From assembly GCA_950097015.1 (NCBI GenBank), contig CATNEN010000038.1, forward strand, positions 9,300,001 through 9,364,000: a stretch of 64,000 nt of DNA, written 5' to 3'. Below the pieces are notes generated by a model. That model searched no databases, had not been told where the DNA came from, and was given only the letters and a program-made list of their open reading frames with translations. Shown here in pieces: positions 1 through 10,691 of this stretch. This DNA comes from Macrostomum hystrix. Lineage: Eukaryota > Animalia > Platyhelminthes. The stretch's first letter is position 1; each line of letters opens with the position of its first letter. Position numbers and translations under genes: made by a program.

Positions 1-255
1 CCCAGAGACACGGCGGGGGCTGCTGTTTCTCTCGAGTCCCCAGGAGACTCGGGCAGGTAGATTAATCAGAGCCTGAGCACTGGCAGCCACAGACACTCAG
101 CTTGAGCTCGGCGCACCTGTGAGAACCCGCCATTGTCGGCTAATCTATTTGTGTTTTGACTCACCGAGTGGCTGCCAACATCCGCTGAGTTCGCAGCTCC
201 TGAATGGGAGGCTGAGGAGTTCCCACTGGGATCTGCAACGCCTCATCAGAGCTGA

Positions 256-507
256 TTGGCAGAGATATGCATAGGCGGTGCATATGGCGTAGGCGGCAGC
301 GGAGGTAGCGGAGGCGGCGGCGGAGGTAGCGGAGGCGGCGGCGGCTTCAGCGGCGGTGGAGCTGGCACGGAAGTCGGTCAGGCGGGAGGTGGCGGAGGCT
401 CCTTCTGCTCCGGCAGCCGCTGCAACGCCACAGCCGGTGGCAACTCGGCAAGCCAGCACGGTCGAGTCGTCGTAGCGGCCGTCGGCATCGATAACTGCTA
501 CGGCTGA
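256..507 (+). CDS. Terminal exon of a glycine-rich-domain protein (ALK/LTK-type Gly-rich region); 5' part lies outside the window or is unresolved
   Basis: GGGGGFSGGGAG...GGGGGSF..C.....C....GGN....HGRVVV pattern typical of the ALK/LTK glycine-rich domain; stop at 505-507; AATAAA near 597; acceptor AG at ~262/264. Confidence 0.6.
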   Translation: MAEICIGGAYGVGGSGGSGGGGGGSGGGGGFSGGGAGTEVGQAGGGGGSFCSGSRCNATAGGNSASQHGRVVVAAVGIDNCYG

Positions 508-1170
508 CGGCACCAGCGACTGCCTCTGGGCCAACTGAAACTGCTCAGCACACAGAGAACTCAAGCACAGAGTTCGAAATTTCGCTTGCGCTCGAAATAA
601 AAATGTGTAAATTTTATTCCTGTCTCGAAAAAGCAAACAATAGTTTCCTGGTTCTCTTTTATCAGCACGCCTTTGTCTTAGTCGAATATTTCAATTCATT
701 TTTTAAAACAAGGAGTAGTCCAAGCTACACTTGATACGTTGAGTTATCGAATCCTGAACCTCGCGAAAAACACTCTAATTTCCTTCACACGTCACTGGCT
801 GCTTCACACCCGATAGACTTTAATTGTCGAATTACTCGTATTAGCTTGAATAGCATTCATGGGCAGGAAAATCATATTGATGTGCACGGAAACACGCGTT
901 TAAAATTTAGAGCAGGAAGTAAATAGAAATGGATATAATAATATCTATGTAAATTATATTTTATTGAAAAGAACTACAAGTCACAGCATTCACTGTACTT
1001 GACATGTAATCTCGAGCAGATGAATAATATAAGCAAATGATTGAGTTCAAAATCTTGGGAGCAGCGCATTTTAGATCCTTCCGGTTCGGGGGTTCTCACG
1101 CTTGAAGACCCTGAGGGCCCATTCGGTGGTCGCATGAGCAAAGATGTTGCTCTTGTAAGAGAAACGAGGC

Positions 1171-2008
1171 TCAGTTAGCGAAGGGAAAGTACAGCGGTTT
1201 CCTCAGCGTCGTCACGGACTCGACCACCTGCCTGCCGTCGGTCTCGCGAAACACCCGCCCCGCGATTTTCGGCAGCAGCTGGGTGAACTCCACGGATCTC
1301 AGATCAGCCTCCAGGATGGCGTCCCGGAGCGCCTGGCTGAAGATGCCACCGTTAGTCGGGCATCTCTCTGACTTCAGGCCCTCTGAGGTGCTGTAGATGT
1401 ACAGACAGTCCTCCAGACCCTGCAAGCAGCTCCTGGGCTCCAGATGGGGTCCAGCCTCGCGACAGGCTTGAATAACAAAGATCTTCGGCTTCCCAGATAG
1501 CCCGGGACACTCTCTCACCTGGCGAAACAAAGACTCGAGGCCTGCCCTCTCATCGTCGGAGCCGTACACCCAGCCGTACTGGCCGTGGCTCATAACGCAC
1601 AGCAGGAAGGCGTCATGCTGCGCATAGTCTGACACGGGTCTGTTCAGACTGGGCAGGTGTTTGCTCAGGAAGTGGCTGGTCGTATTCTCGTGAATCTCTA
1701 CCTGCAGGCCAAGCCGCTTGAATGCCTGGTACAGTCCTGTCTCGTGTGTATCGGCCTTGGCGCCGTCCCTTCTGTTTAACTCCGGGCCTTTAAAGTCAAT
1801 GTTGTTAATCACAATCGCTACGCCTCGTGTGCGACTGAGCATGCTGTACCTGAGGTCCTCGCCAGCCAGGGGGTCAAGCAGCTGCGATGGGTGGAGCGGC
1901 TGCCCGGTGCCGACCTCCAGCGCTTCGCTCCACGGCTGCAGTTGCAGAGACTCGTCACCAGCGGCTGCCGTCGACTCGCTCGATGCGTCCAATTGATGTC
2001 TGCGAATG
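1171..2008 (-). CDS. Caspase (peptidase C14A) domain exon
   Basis: YSM...RGVAIVINN, RRDGAKAD, LCVMSHG (catalytic His), KPKIFVIQACRE (catalytic Cys), YSTSEG..SER, GGIFSQAL, QVVESVTTLRKPLYF. No in-frame ATG upstream of the domain-internal Met, so upstream exons are needed. Confidence 0.93.
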
Positions 2009-5000
2009 CTGTCGGTTCAGACAAAATCTAAAGATTGCATGTTCCGCTACAAACTACTATAAGTACTATCGATTGGTTATTCAATTTAATTGTCTCATTA
2101 CTATACTGTAATTTGCCTAGCCAGTCAGGCGTAAAGCTGTTTTGTTGCATTCTTTCTGTTAAATTATATAATCCGTAAAAGAAAGCGAGTAGCTTGAGCT
2201 TGCGTGCTTGGGTCGGGGCAGTGCTAAAATGGATAGACGAGCAATTTTCTACTGTTTAATAGCGCTCATTAAGCTATAGCTTCATCTCTCGCGTCTTTGA
2301 ATGAATAGAAAACTTATTCGCGCATGACTTGCTCTGAAATGTAGTAGAGACTGTCAGTATTTTTCTAGAAATGAACTCTAGTTGTGCAGTCTTGCCAGTT
2401 CCAGTTTTTTTCCAGACTGTCTAACCTGTTTGGCCGAGCATTGAGCTGTCTTAGAGAGGCATTAGAGGCACTCAGAGGCATTAGGAAAACCCGAAATGAA
2501 AAGACAATAGAAGTTATAAAACTGCTAAAAACTGATTTGATTTTTTGAAAACCAAACTTTGCATGAGATAAATTTATCCCGTAAATTGAAGATGCTACTC
2601 AAATATTTTCTCTGCAGATACTGCAAATCGCATGTTTTGCAGATGTTGCACACCTACCACTGCTTGATTGATTCCGCAGCAGCCGCATTTCCCAAGAACT
2701 CGGCGCACTGGAGAGCCGTCATCCGGTAATCGCCTGGATGAGACCAGTGCTCCGGCTTGTCCAGGGCTGGGCTCAGCGCCACGATCACGCAGCTGTGGTT
2801 CTGCCTAGCCGCCCAAATCAGCGGCGTGTTGCCGCAGTAGTCCAGCGTGTGCGGCTCCGCACCCAGGCTGAGTAGTAACGTCACGCAGCTCTCCGAGCCG
2901 CGAATCGCTGCGTGCGTCAGCGCGGTTTGGAGGCAGCGATCCTGGAGACCAAGGTGACATATGGAGGTAATGAAACACTCAGGTAAAGACTAGTGGTGTA
3001 CTACTATAAACATCACACGCACGCACAGTCGGTAACATGTCCGACTCTCCCACCAAAGTCCCAGTGCTCGAATCTGCTGCGAGTAATTTTGAGGCGCAGC
3101 CGCAAAGGCTTGGCGATTTGTCGTGCAAATTTTGCCGATCAATCGGCCAGCCCACCATGCACAGTGAGTATTTTTAATTGCTGCTGCGGGCAATGGCACA
3201 TTATCTGATGAGCGGCAGCCAGCGAGGAGGCAATTCTGCCCATTTCGCTGACTCCTGAGCACACACGCACTCAGATACTGTACGCAGCACACGCTCTCAC
3301 AGGTGTGTACATCTGCCCTGACTTTCTCATCGTCAGGCAGTGTACACTTCAATGTGCCTTGAAGGTTGGTCATCAAGGGAATAAATCGCACGACAAGCCG
3401 CCAAGCCATCTCTTCGTGGCTGCGCCCCAAATTAATGTGGCCTCGCCGCGGAATCGAGCTCAGGGATCAGCTCAAAACTTACTACAAACTTCAGCCGCCT
3501 ACCTTTTTCTCCAGGTCAGCTCCCATGCTGTACAGTAGCCGTATCGTGCTTGGATGATCGTTAGCCGCCGCGTGCATCACAGGTGTCTCCAGCGAGTTGT
3601 CAGCAGCATTCACTTCCTCTGCTACAGCTGAGCCGCCCTGGCTACTTATCAGTTCAAGAAATACTTTCAACGCCTGATCATTTCCGTAGCGACTGGCCAC
3701 TGCAATCGGTGTGCGACCTCGCGTATCGCGTTCATTGATGGTAGCGCCGTTCGTGATCAGGGTGCGAAGCAGCTGCGGATCGCCGCTTTTGGCTAGTAAG
3801 ATTAGCGGTGTCTCATTCAAATCATTGACGCTCTGTGCAGCTTTTCCCTCATCGCAGAGGCGCTGTATGTCTGCGGCTGAAATCTCTGCGGTCTGTTCCT
3901 TTGCGTGCTCATCTTCGTTGTCACGCTTCGCTTTGATAAACAATGGATGCCTAATTAGCAAGTCTGATTGCGAAGCTAACTTTGTGTGTATTTTCTCTGT
4001 GTGTAGAGACATGTCTTGGATTGCAGTTTCAGGCGCAAGCTCTTCGAAGCACTTGTCCTCTGGGTCACAGTCAGGCGAATCATTTGTTGAAGCAGAATTC
4101 GCATCCTTATTTTCTATACATGACGCATCGACAGCGAAGGTTTCTTGTTGCGGTGAATTGACACCAGCCTGCAGACATATCGACGGTTCAACACTTGGCC
4201 CTCGATGTGAACGCACTTCGCTTGGTGAATAGCAATCTGACACGTCGCTCTGCTGGACATTATCCGATGGACTTGTGGCTGTCCCAGCATTTTCAGACTC
4301 GTTTACCAGCAAGTTAATGCTTGGCTTGGCACTAAAGTCAGTAGACTGGGCTTCAGCAGCGCTTCTCAACCCCGAAACTGTGTCGGGCTGTAACATTCGA
4401 TTAGCTGACAGATGTGAAAACGAACTACTTAAAGAGCCTTCTGTACCAACCGAAGACCTCTGCAGTGACAAGTTGGTGTGCAGCGCGCTGCCAAGCGTGT
4501 CTGAAGGACGCAAAAGCTCGCTCATCTGTCTCTTCACTTCGCGGCGCGCAGGCACCGGACTCCGTGGCATCTCACCTTCGCTCACTTGACTCCTTGTAAC
4601 TTTTGGCGGTTGCCTGGTTGCTTCCAGCCTCAACAAAACTGGTGTGTTGGCCGTCGATTTCAAGTTTTCTGGCTCGAAATCAAAACTTGTCGGCAGGAAG
4701 CCGCCTTCGGGCTGCCTAAAAGTACGTCAAATGCGTCCTAATTTCAGCTTGATTGAAGTTACGATTGATAAACTAGATATTAACTTTTATCTCCAGCCTT
4801 GTTTCTCAGTGCGAGTAGGTTAAGAAGGGAATTGATAACCCCTGAACACTAAAGAGTAGTAATAATAATAATAATAATAATAATTGCAGGAGGGCTGCGG
4901 GCAATGGCACATCCTTTTTGTGACAAAAAAACCGAAGCCAGCGAGGAAACAATTGCGCCCATTTTGCTGACTCCTGAGCACACACGCACACAGATACCGT

Positions 5001-8000
5001 ACGCAGCACGCACTCACACAGGTGTGTACATCTACCCTGACTTTCTGATCGTCAGGCAGTGTACGAGTACACTCTCCCTGTGCCTTGGAGGTTGGCTTTT
5101 AATGGCGTGAATTGCATGACAAGCCTCCAAACCTTCTATCCACGGCTGCGCCTCAAATAAATGTGGCCTTTGCCGCGGAATCGAGCTCATTAGGACATTG
5201 GGGCGAGAGGCAAACGCGTTAACCGCTCTGCCACCGAACCCCCGAACACTGAAGAGTACGCGAAAATCTTACACAATGATGTTTAAACAATTCTGTGGTG
5301 AAATTAAGTGATTTTAGTCCAGCTGGGTCAATGGCGTTGAGCTTTCTTATGGGGTATGAGATTATGCTCGAAACCATGCACTTTAAAGGGTGTAAATGGG
5401 GTGGGTAATTGCTGGAGCTGCATGTACCACGTAGAAATTTAAACTACACAAAGGTAGCTTTCAAGGCTTACTCGCCGGCCTCGAAAAATTCCTTGGCATC
5501 GTACCTAAAATTTGCAGGGTTTTTTGTAGAGTTGACAATTTGTAAAATAAAATTAAGGCTAATTAAATATTAAAATGGCACACCAGTCGCTCTGAATTCT
5601 GATTAAATAAATTAAAATCATTTTTAGGTTGCCACAGAGACAAGGCTTGTGCAAGACGCGTCCCAACTTATTCATCCCTAGGTGACGCACGCACACAGAT
5701 ACTGTACGCATGTGTACATCTGCACTGACTTTCTCATCGTCAGGCAGTAAACACTTTTACTGTGCCTCGTGGAGGTTGGCCCTCATAAGCGTAAACTGCA
5801 CGACAAGCCTCCAAGCCTTCTCTCCGCGGCTGCGCCACAAATAAATGTGGCCTCACGGCGGAATCGAACTCATGGCGTTAACCGCTCTGCCAATGACCTA
5901 GAGGCACTAGGTCCTTAGGTCCTTAGCGAAGCAAATGCAGCGATATGATTCGTTACATCGTCAAATATTAACTTAAGCAAACAAAAGCGGCAAACTTACT
6001 GCGTGAGAAGCTCAACTAGTTTCTTTTTTTTGTTTTTCTCAGCCAGCTGAAGCGCAGTGAGACCCGCATTGTTTTTCAATGACCAATCTGCTCCTGCCTG
6101 CAGCAGCGAATGGGCCGTCTTCTTCGACATGCAGTCGTTGCAGATGTCGCTGATCGCCACCTGCATCAGCGGTGTCAGTCCGTCCTCGGTGCGAGAGTTC
6201 ACGTCAACCCCGACGCCGAGAAGGGCCTTCAGAGCCACGGAGTTGCCGCTCTTTGCCGCCGCGTGCAGGCAGCTGCTGCCCCAAACGTCTGCGCTGGTCG
6301 GATCGCCCTGACTGATCAGGGCCTGCAGCACGTGCCTGCTGCTCCTGTTGCTGTCCGCGAACTTCCACAGCGCTGTGGCACCGTTTCGGTCCGGCAAGTC
6401 GGTGTTAGAAATGGTCAGCAGTTGCTTCAAGTCACCTACTTGGCTAGACTCCGCGAATCTCACCAGACGCTTGCGAGCGTCCTCCAGCTGAAATGAAGAG
6501 TCACTTTGGTCGACAATATTTGTTCTCAAGTTGTCAAATTTCAAATCAAAGTGGCACACAATAATAGGAGACCAGATTCAACAGTCGACCCAGCGAGAGG
6601 CAATTCTGCTCATTTCGCGCTGACTTCAGATGGCACACAAACTCTGCAGCATCATTGCTGTCAAGTCTGTTGTTGTATCTCATTTAGCTGCCGCTTGCCT
6701 TCTGAAGACCCATGTTTATCGTGACTGCCTCCGCCTCCGCCATTCAACCCTAGCAATTTAGAAGATGCATGAACTTTGGTCGTTCATTTTTTAGCTAGCG
6801 AACTTACAATGTGTTGGAGGAAAATAGTTCCAGGCGTGGGTATTGTCAAGCCTGTTTCTCTGCAATGAGTTTGTAAGTCGATAGCTATAAAATTAATTTT
6901 AAGCGCTTCATAATTTTGTTCAGCTTACATTTCAATTATTTCAGCTATTTCATTCTTTTTTGTCTCTTTTGCCATGTCTAGCGCTGTGCGTCCGTCACAA
7001 GCTCTCGTGCTCAATAGCGTGCCTTTGAATTCGAGGAACCTGCACTGCCGCAAGAGATGCAGGAGGTGTTTTGCACAGCGCCAGCTCCCGGCGAGAGCTG
7101 CCTCCATGAGCGGCGTTCGGCCCGAGTTGTTCTGCAGCCATTTGGCATCGAATGGCAGCAGAGCCAGCAGCTGCAGGTGATCGCACTTGGCTGCAAGGTG
7201 GGCAGCCGTGTTGCCTTCGGAGTCGGCTGCACCTGGATTGCAACCGTTGCGCATGAAGTAGTTGACACATTTCGACGCTGCTGCATTCTTCAAATGCAAG
7301 CCGGAGTCAAACTCTGCTGCCAGCATTAGTACAGTCCGACCGTTGGCACCGCGAATTCGCATCAGCTCATTCGTAGTCAGCATTCGGACCTTTTCAAACT
7401 CGCCTTGCATGGCCAGCTGCGCAAGAAGCGACATCACCTGGAATTTACAGAGTGGAAAAAGCCGTCAATCAATCAAGCTGTTAGACCACGGTGCATTTCA
7501 AATAACCACTGCCCACTACTTTTCGATAGCTTCCAAACCGAATGACCGATTCTCGTGAAAGTCCACCATCTGAATCAAATTTTTCCGCCCTTTTCGATGA
7601 ACTAACTTACAAAGCCGTCTGGCGTCAGAATCGTCGAGATATTCAGCGATTCCTGTCGAAGAACCTGCTGGTGACAAGGACAACTAACACTTCACTGTAT
7701 AAACCTCTATTGCGAATCCATATTGGTTCAATAAACTATAATTAGCAATATAATCAATAAAATATAATCAACAATAACAGCCGACATGGTTACATTTATT
7801 GGGAAATTTTGTGAGCAGAGAAGGTATGCCTATATTGGTTGCTTTTGCCACCAGACACCCAGACGAAAATCGTTGAATATCTCGACGATGTTGATGTTTT
7901 GTGATAGTGGAAGTTGTTTCATCGGAGCGGAAAAGTTTAGCCCGTTTTCTAGGTTTTCATGGCGAATTAATGGTTGAATATTTTAGGAGATAGAGGAAAA

Positions 8001-8868
8001 AATGTGGGTACTTGAAAGCCCCCTTGGTTTCCACGGCTCGTCCAGTTCCTCCGGGGCGACAAGACGAGCCACGTTCTTCCCTACGGAAGACAACGCTGCA
8101 GGACGGACCGGCGGACCACCCTGACCGGCCCCGCGCACTCGCCTGTCTGCGGGCCTACAGGGTTAGCGGTATGGGCGATCCTCGCCTCCCCGCTGTGTCC
8201 ATGGACCACCCTAAGTCAAGTAAGTCAAGCCCCCTTGGTCTTTCTACTGCTTATAAGCAAATCGTGACTACAAGCTAAACCACAAGCGCATGTATGTTGC
8301 AAGGGTCTAAACAATAGACCTGTTTTAACGGCCACACATAGTTGCTAGGAAAGACTCCGGCTTGGCCGTCAATTTCTCCCAGCCACCAGTCAGCGTCGAT
8401 GGTGCGTTTGTGCAGGATGCGCACTATTCGGCCCATTTCCAGGGTCAGTTCGTCTCCACGTTTTGGATCGGCCGTGTATGGACGCACGGCTGCGGCCAGC
8501 TCCTCTGTGCTGCCGAAGTAGAACAATTCGATGGGCCTGGTGAACAGGCTCTGGCCGCAGTAGAATGAGCAGCCAGGCTGCTGCATTCTCAGGTCCTTGA
8601 TTAATACCTCCGTACCGGCTGGCAGCTCGTTGAGGCCGGACACCAGTTGAGCTCGGATGCACCGAACCAGGCAGCTGCTGGGAAATAAGCCAGTCTCGCC
8701 GGTTCTTTCGCTCTGGCCAACAATGGTCGGGCTGTCAAACAAAGGCGGATTATCCGCGCTTACTAGGTCACCAGGTTCAAGGCCAAGCACTCTACCGTCT
8801 CTTGAAGCTTCTTGATGGCAAGTTGCCACGTAGGTGTAGGATCCGTTGTTGGCGTTTTGTTTCTTCAT
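1171..8868 (-). CDS. Multidomain caspase: SH3-like + SH3 + ankyrin blocks + S/D-rich linker + ankyrin block + C14A caspase domain (~1321 aa, 8 exons)
   Basis: Hand-spliced exons 8868-8320, 7437-6929, 6859-6808, 6487-6000, 5504-5472, 4715-3503, 2941-2658, 2008-1171. All introns are GT..AG, phases match (0,2,0,2,2,0,2), and the total of 3966 nt is divisible by 3 with no internal stop. The last junction and the 52-nt exon are the least certain. Confidence 0.7.
2658..2941 (-). CDS. Ankyrin-repeat exon (about 3 repeats)
   Basis: DRCLQTALTHAAIRG, DYCGNTPLIWAARQN, MTALQCAEFLGN; acceptor ctccag at 2942, donor TG|GTAGGT at 2657. Confidence 0.85.
3185..3465 (-). mobile_element. SINE family A, truncated copy
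   Basis: Shares gtgtgctcaggagtcagcgaaatg..cagaattgcctcctcgctggctgc and gagctcgattccgcggcgaggcc with the full copy at 29951-30311. Confidence 0.8.
3503..4715 (-). CDS. Exon with low-complexity Ser/Asp-rich linker followed by ankyrin repeats
   Basis: ORF 3491-4663; NETPLILLAKSG, GRTPIAVASRYG, ETPVMHAAAND; acceptor ttttag at 4716, donor AAG|GTAGGC at 3502. Confidence 0.85.
4859..5243 (-). mobile_element. SINE family A, full-length, with TSD
   Basis: tRNA-like head (A box TGGCAGAGCGG, B box-like GCTCGATTCC), (ATT)n tail, 15-bp TSD gaacact[a/g]aagagta at 4844-4858 and 5244-5258. Confidence 0.88.
5683..5893 (-). mobile_element. SINE family A, partial
   Basis: Matches the head and body of family A. 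Confidence 0.75.
6000..6487 (-). CDS. Ankyrin-repeat exon
   Basis: NGATALWKFA, GSSCLHAAAKSGN, DGLTPLMQVA, AGLTALQLAE; acceptor tttcag at 6488, donor CA|GTAAGT at 5999. Confidence 0.85.
6929..7437 (-). CDS. Ankyrin-repeat exon
   Basis: NGRTVLMLAA, EGNTAAHLAA, SGRTPLMEAA, DGRTALDMA; acceptor ttccag at 7438, donor AT|GTAAGC at 6928. Confidence 0.85.
7482..8241. mobile_element. Non-autonomous TIR element (family also at 42759-43142 and inverted at ~30345-30780)
   Basis: Imperfect TIRs AGACCACGG..TTTCAA..ACCAC / GTGGG..TTGAAA..CCCCTTGGTCT; internal sequence is clearly similar to the other two copies (aaagccgtc..gtcag..atcgtcgaga..., agccgacatggttaca). Confidence 0.7.
8029..8226 (+). mobile_element. 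5'-truncated non-LTR retroelement 3' end nested in the TIR element
   Basis: 13-bp direct repeat aagcccccttggt at 8016-8028 and 8227-8239; GC-rich insert ending in an (aagt/caagt) microsatellite tail; absent from the sister copy at ~43130. Confidence 0.65.
8320..8868 (-). CDS. Exon with two SH3 domains (first degenerate, second canonical CIN85/CD2AP-like)
   Basis: LGLEPGDLV...GQSERTGETGLFPSSCLV and AVRPY...DELTLEMGRIVRILHK...DWWLGEIDGQAGVFPSNYV; donor CAG|GTCTAT at 8319; tttcag acceptor 1 nt before the ATG. Confidence 0.85.
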
Positions 8869-10691
8869 TCTGAAAGCTTTTTTCGATTGATGTATTGTTT
8901 AATAGACAGAATTAAATTGCATATTACTCAGCAGTTAGGCTAGATATTGGCACAGTAATGCTGGGTCAATTCAAAGCTCGCACTCTTTTGCATAACGACA
9001 CAAATTGTTTTAATTTTAATGGTTTTAATTCGAACTAGAATGGAAAAGGAAATTCGAACCATGGGGGTAGCCTAGCTCTTTGTCGGCAGAAATAGTTTTT
9101 ATATCATTTTTTACTGATTTAAACTTGTTATTTAACATGATACTTAATAATTTAAAATATAGGAAAATTCAAAACGGATATATTTATGCTTACATCTGCA
9201 CAAATTGTTATCCAAATTTTAAAGCTTTCCTAAACTTTTCTTCATATTTCTTAAATTACCAGAATAAAACACTATTTTATACAACTTAGCAAAAATATAA
9301 CACTTTTAAAGAAACAAGATTTGCACTTTTTGTTAAATAAATAATACACAACATTGAGCTCAAAAATGATGTTTTCATTTAGCCTTTCTTAGAAGAAAAT
9401 GAAAATTATACGAGCACCTTAGATGTAATATCATAAAATTATAATTACACGCTATAATGGTAGAAATAATATGTATACATTTCTTCTTTTAGATAAGTTT
9501 ACCCCTATTAGTTTACCAGACAGTTTTCTTTAAACTGGACTCTAAACTCGCTTTAAAAAAATAAATTAACGCAAAGTCGTTAATAATTACGACGTTACAA
9601 TCTTTCCGGATTTTCGTCATTAATATTTTTCGCATTTTGAACACATTCGTTCAAGAAAATATGGCGTAAAATTCAAAGAATCACCAGATTTTATTTATTT
9701 ATTAGATGAATATATATTTACTCGCGTGTCGCGCTGCAAGGCCTGTACGAGGAGAACGATAATGTGTAAAATGATCGATTCGCCTGCGGCTCCGCAAAAA
9801 AGAGCTGCCCAATTAAAAAATGAGCAACCAACAGCTAGGAGAAGTCAATGAAAAGGGACTCATAGAGGAGACTGTTAACTCACGACAAGACAACGCATGG
9901 CACTAGCAGGCTTAAGCGGAGGTGGGGTGGGTGTTTTGAGGGGTCTGAGGGATCAAAGTGATGATTCATCAAATCCCGTGCTTTGACTTCCCAGCCTGGC
10001 CTCAAGTATCCCTTACAGTTCAATGGAAAAAACTGACAGGTAATTGAGAATGAATCAGGAGTTAAATATTACATTGATATCCGCGTTGGGATCAAGTTTG
10101 GACGCATTGACTAACTTATCGAAAAACTGCAAATATAACTAAGCTAGTAACAGCTATGCATACACGTAGCTATGTATTTTACGTTATTTATACAGCGAAA
10201 CGGCTGGTCATCACATGTTGTACCTATTCGACATTTGGCTGTTAATAGATATACAAACCACTTTTATTCGGACAATCGGAACAACAGACGTGTTTAGAAA
10301 TACATAAACGAGCGTAAGGATAAGCGTAAAACAATATATACTCACATATAGAGGAAAGCTTCAAACATATTTAAACAAATCTACTCAGTAAGATACAGCT
10401 CAATAACCATTAACGTAGAAAGTAACGTACATTGAACTTCGTTTCTATTCATCTTGCCAAAATGTCACCGTCACTACGATTTACGAGTTTCGTATCTCTT
10501 TTATTACCATGCAGAGTATATTCAATATATTTTTGTGGGTGTTTTAAGACTTGAAAGTATTTACTGTCCATATATATATTTAACATATAGGAACAACGGA
10601 AGCAGAAAAAATAATAGCGGTCCTATTTATCTGCATTTATCTGCAGTGTGTTGATGAGACATGCCTAAGTTTGATTCTAGAATTCTTCACG

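Noticed and set aside
2990-3430. ORFs with CVLRSQ.NG.NC motifs (also 4806-5110, 29859-30260, 56363-56746)
   Set aside because: All are translations of SINE family A.
6690-6749. Extra exon of the ankyrin-caspase gene (GGGGG/RRRR-coding stretch after tgctag)
   Set aside because: Every phase tested hits a stop or cannot rejoin the 6487 exon. It could be an alternative terminal exon for a short SH3-ANK isoform, but this is unsupported.
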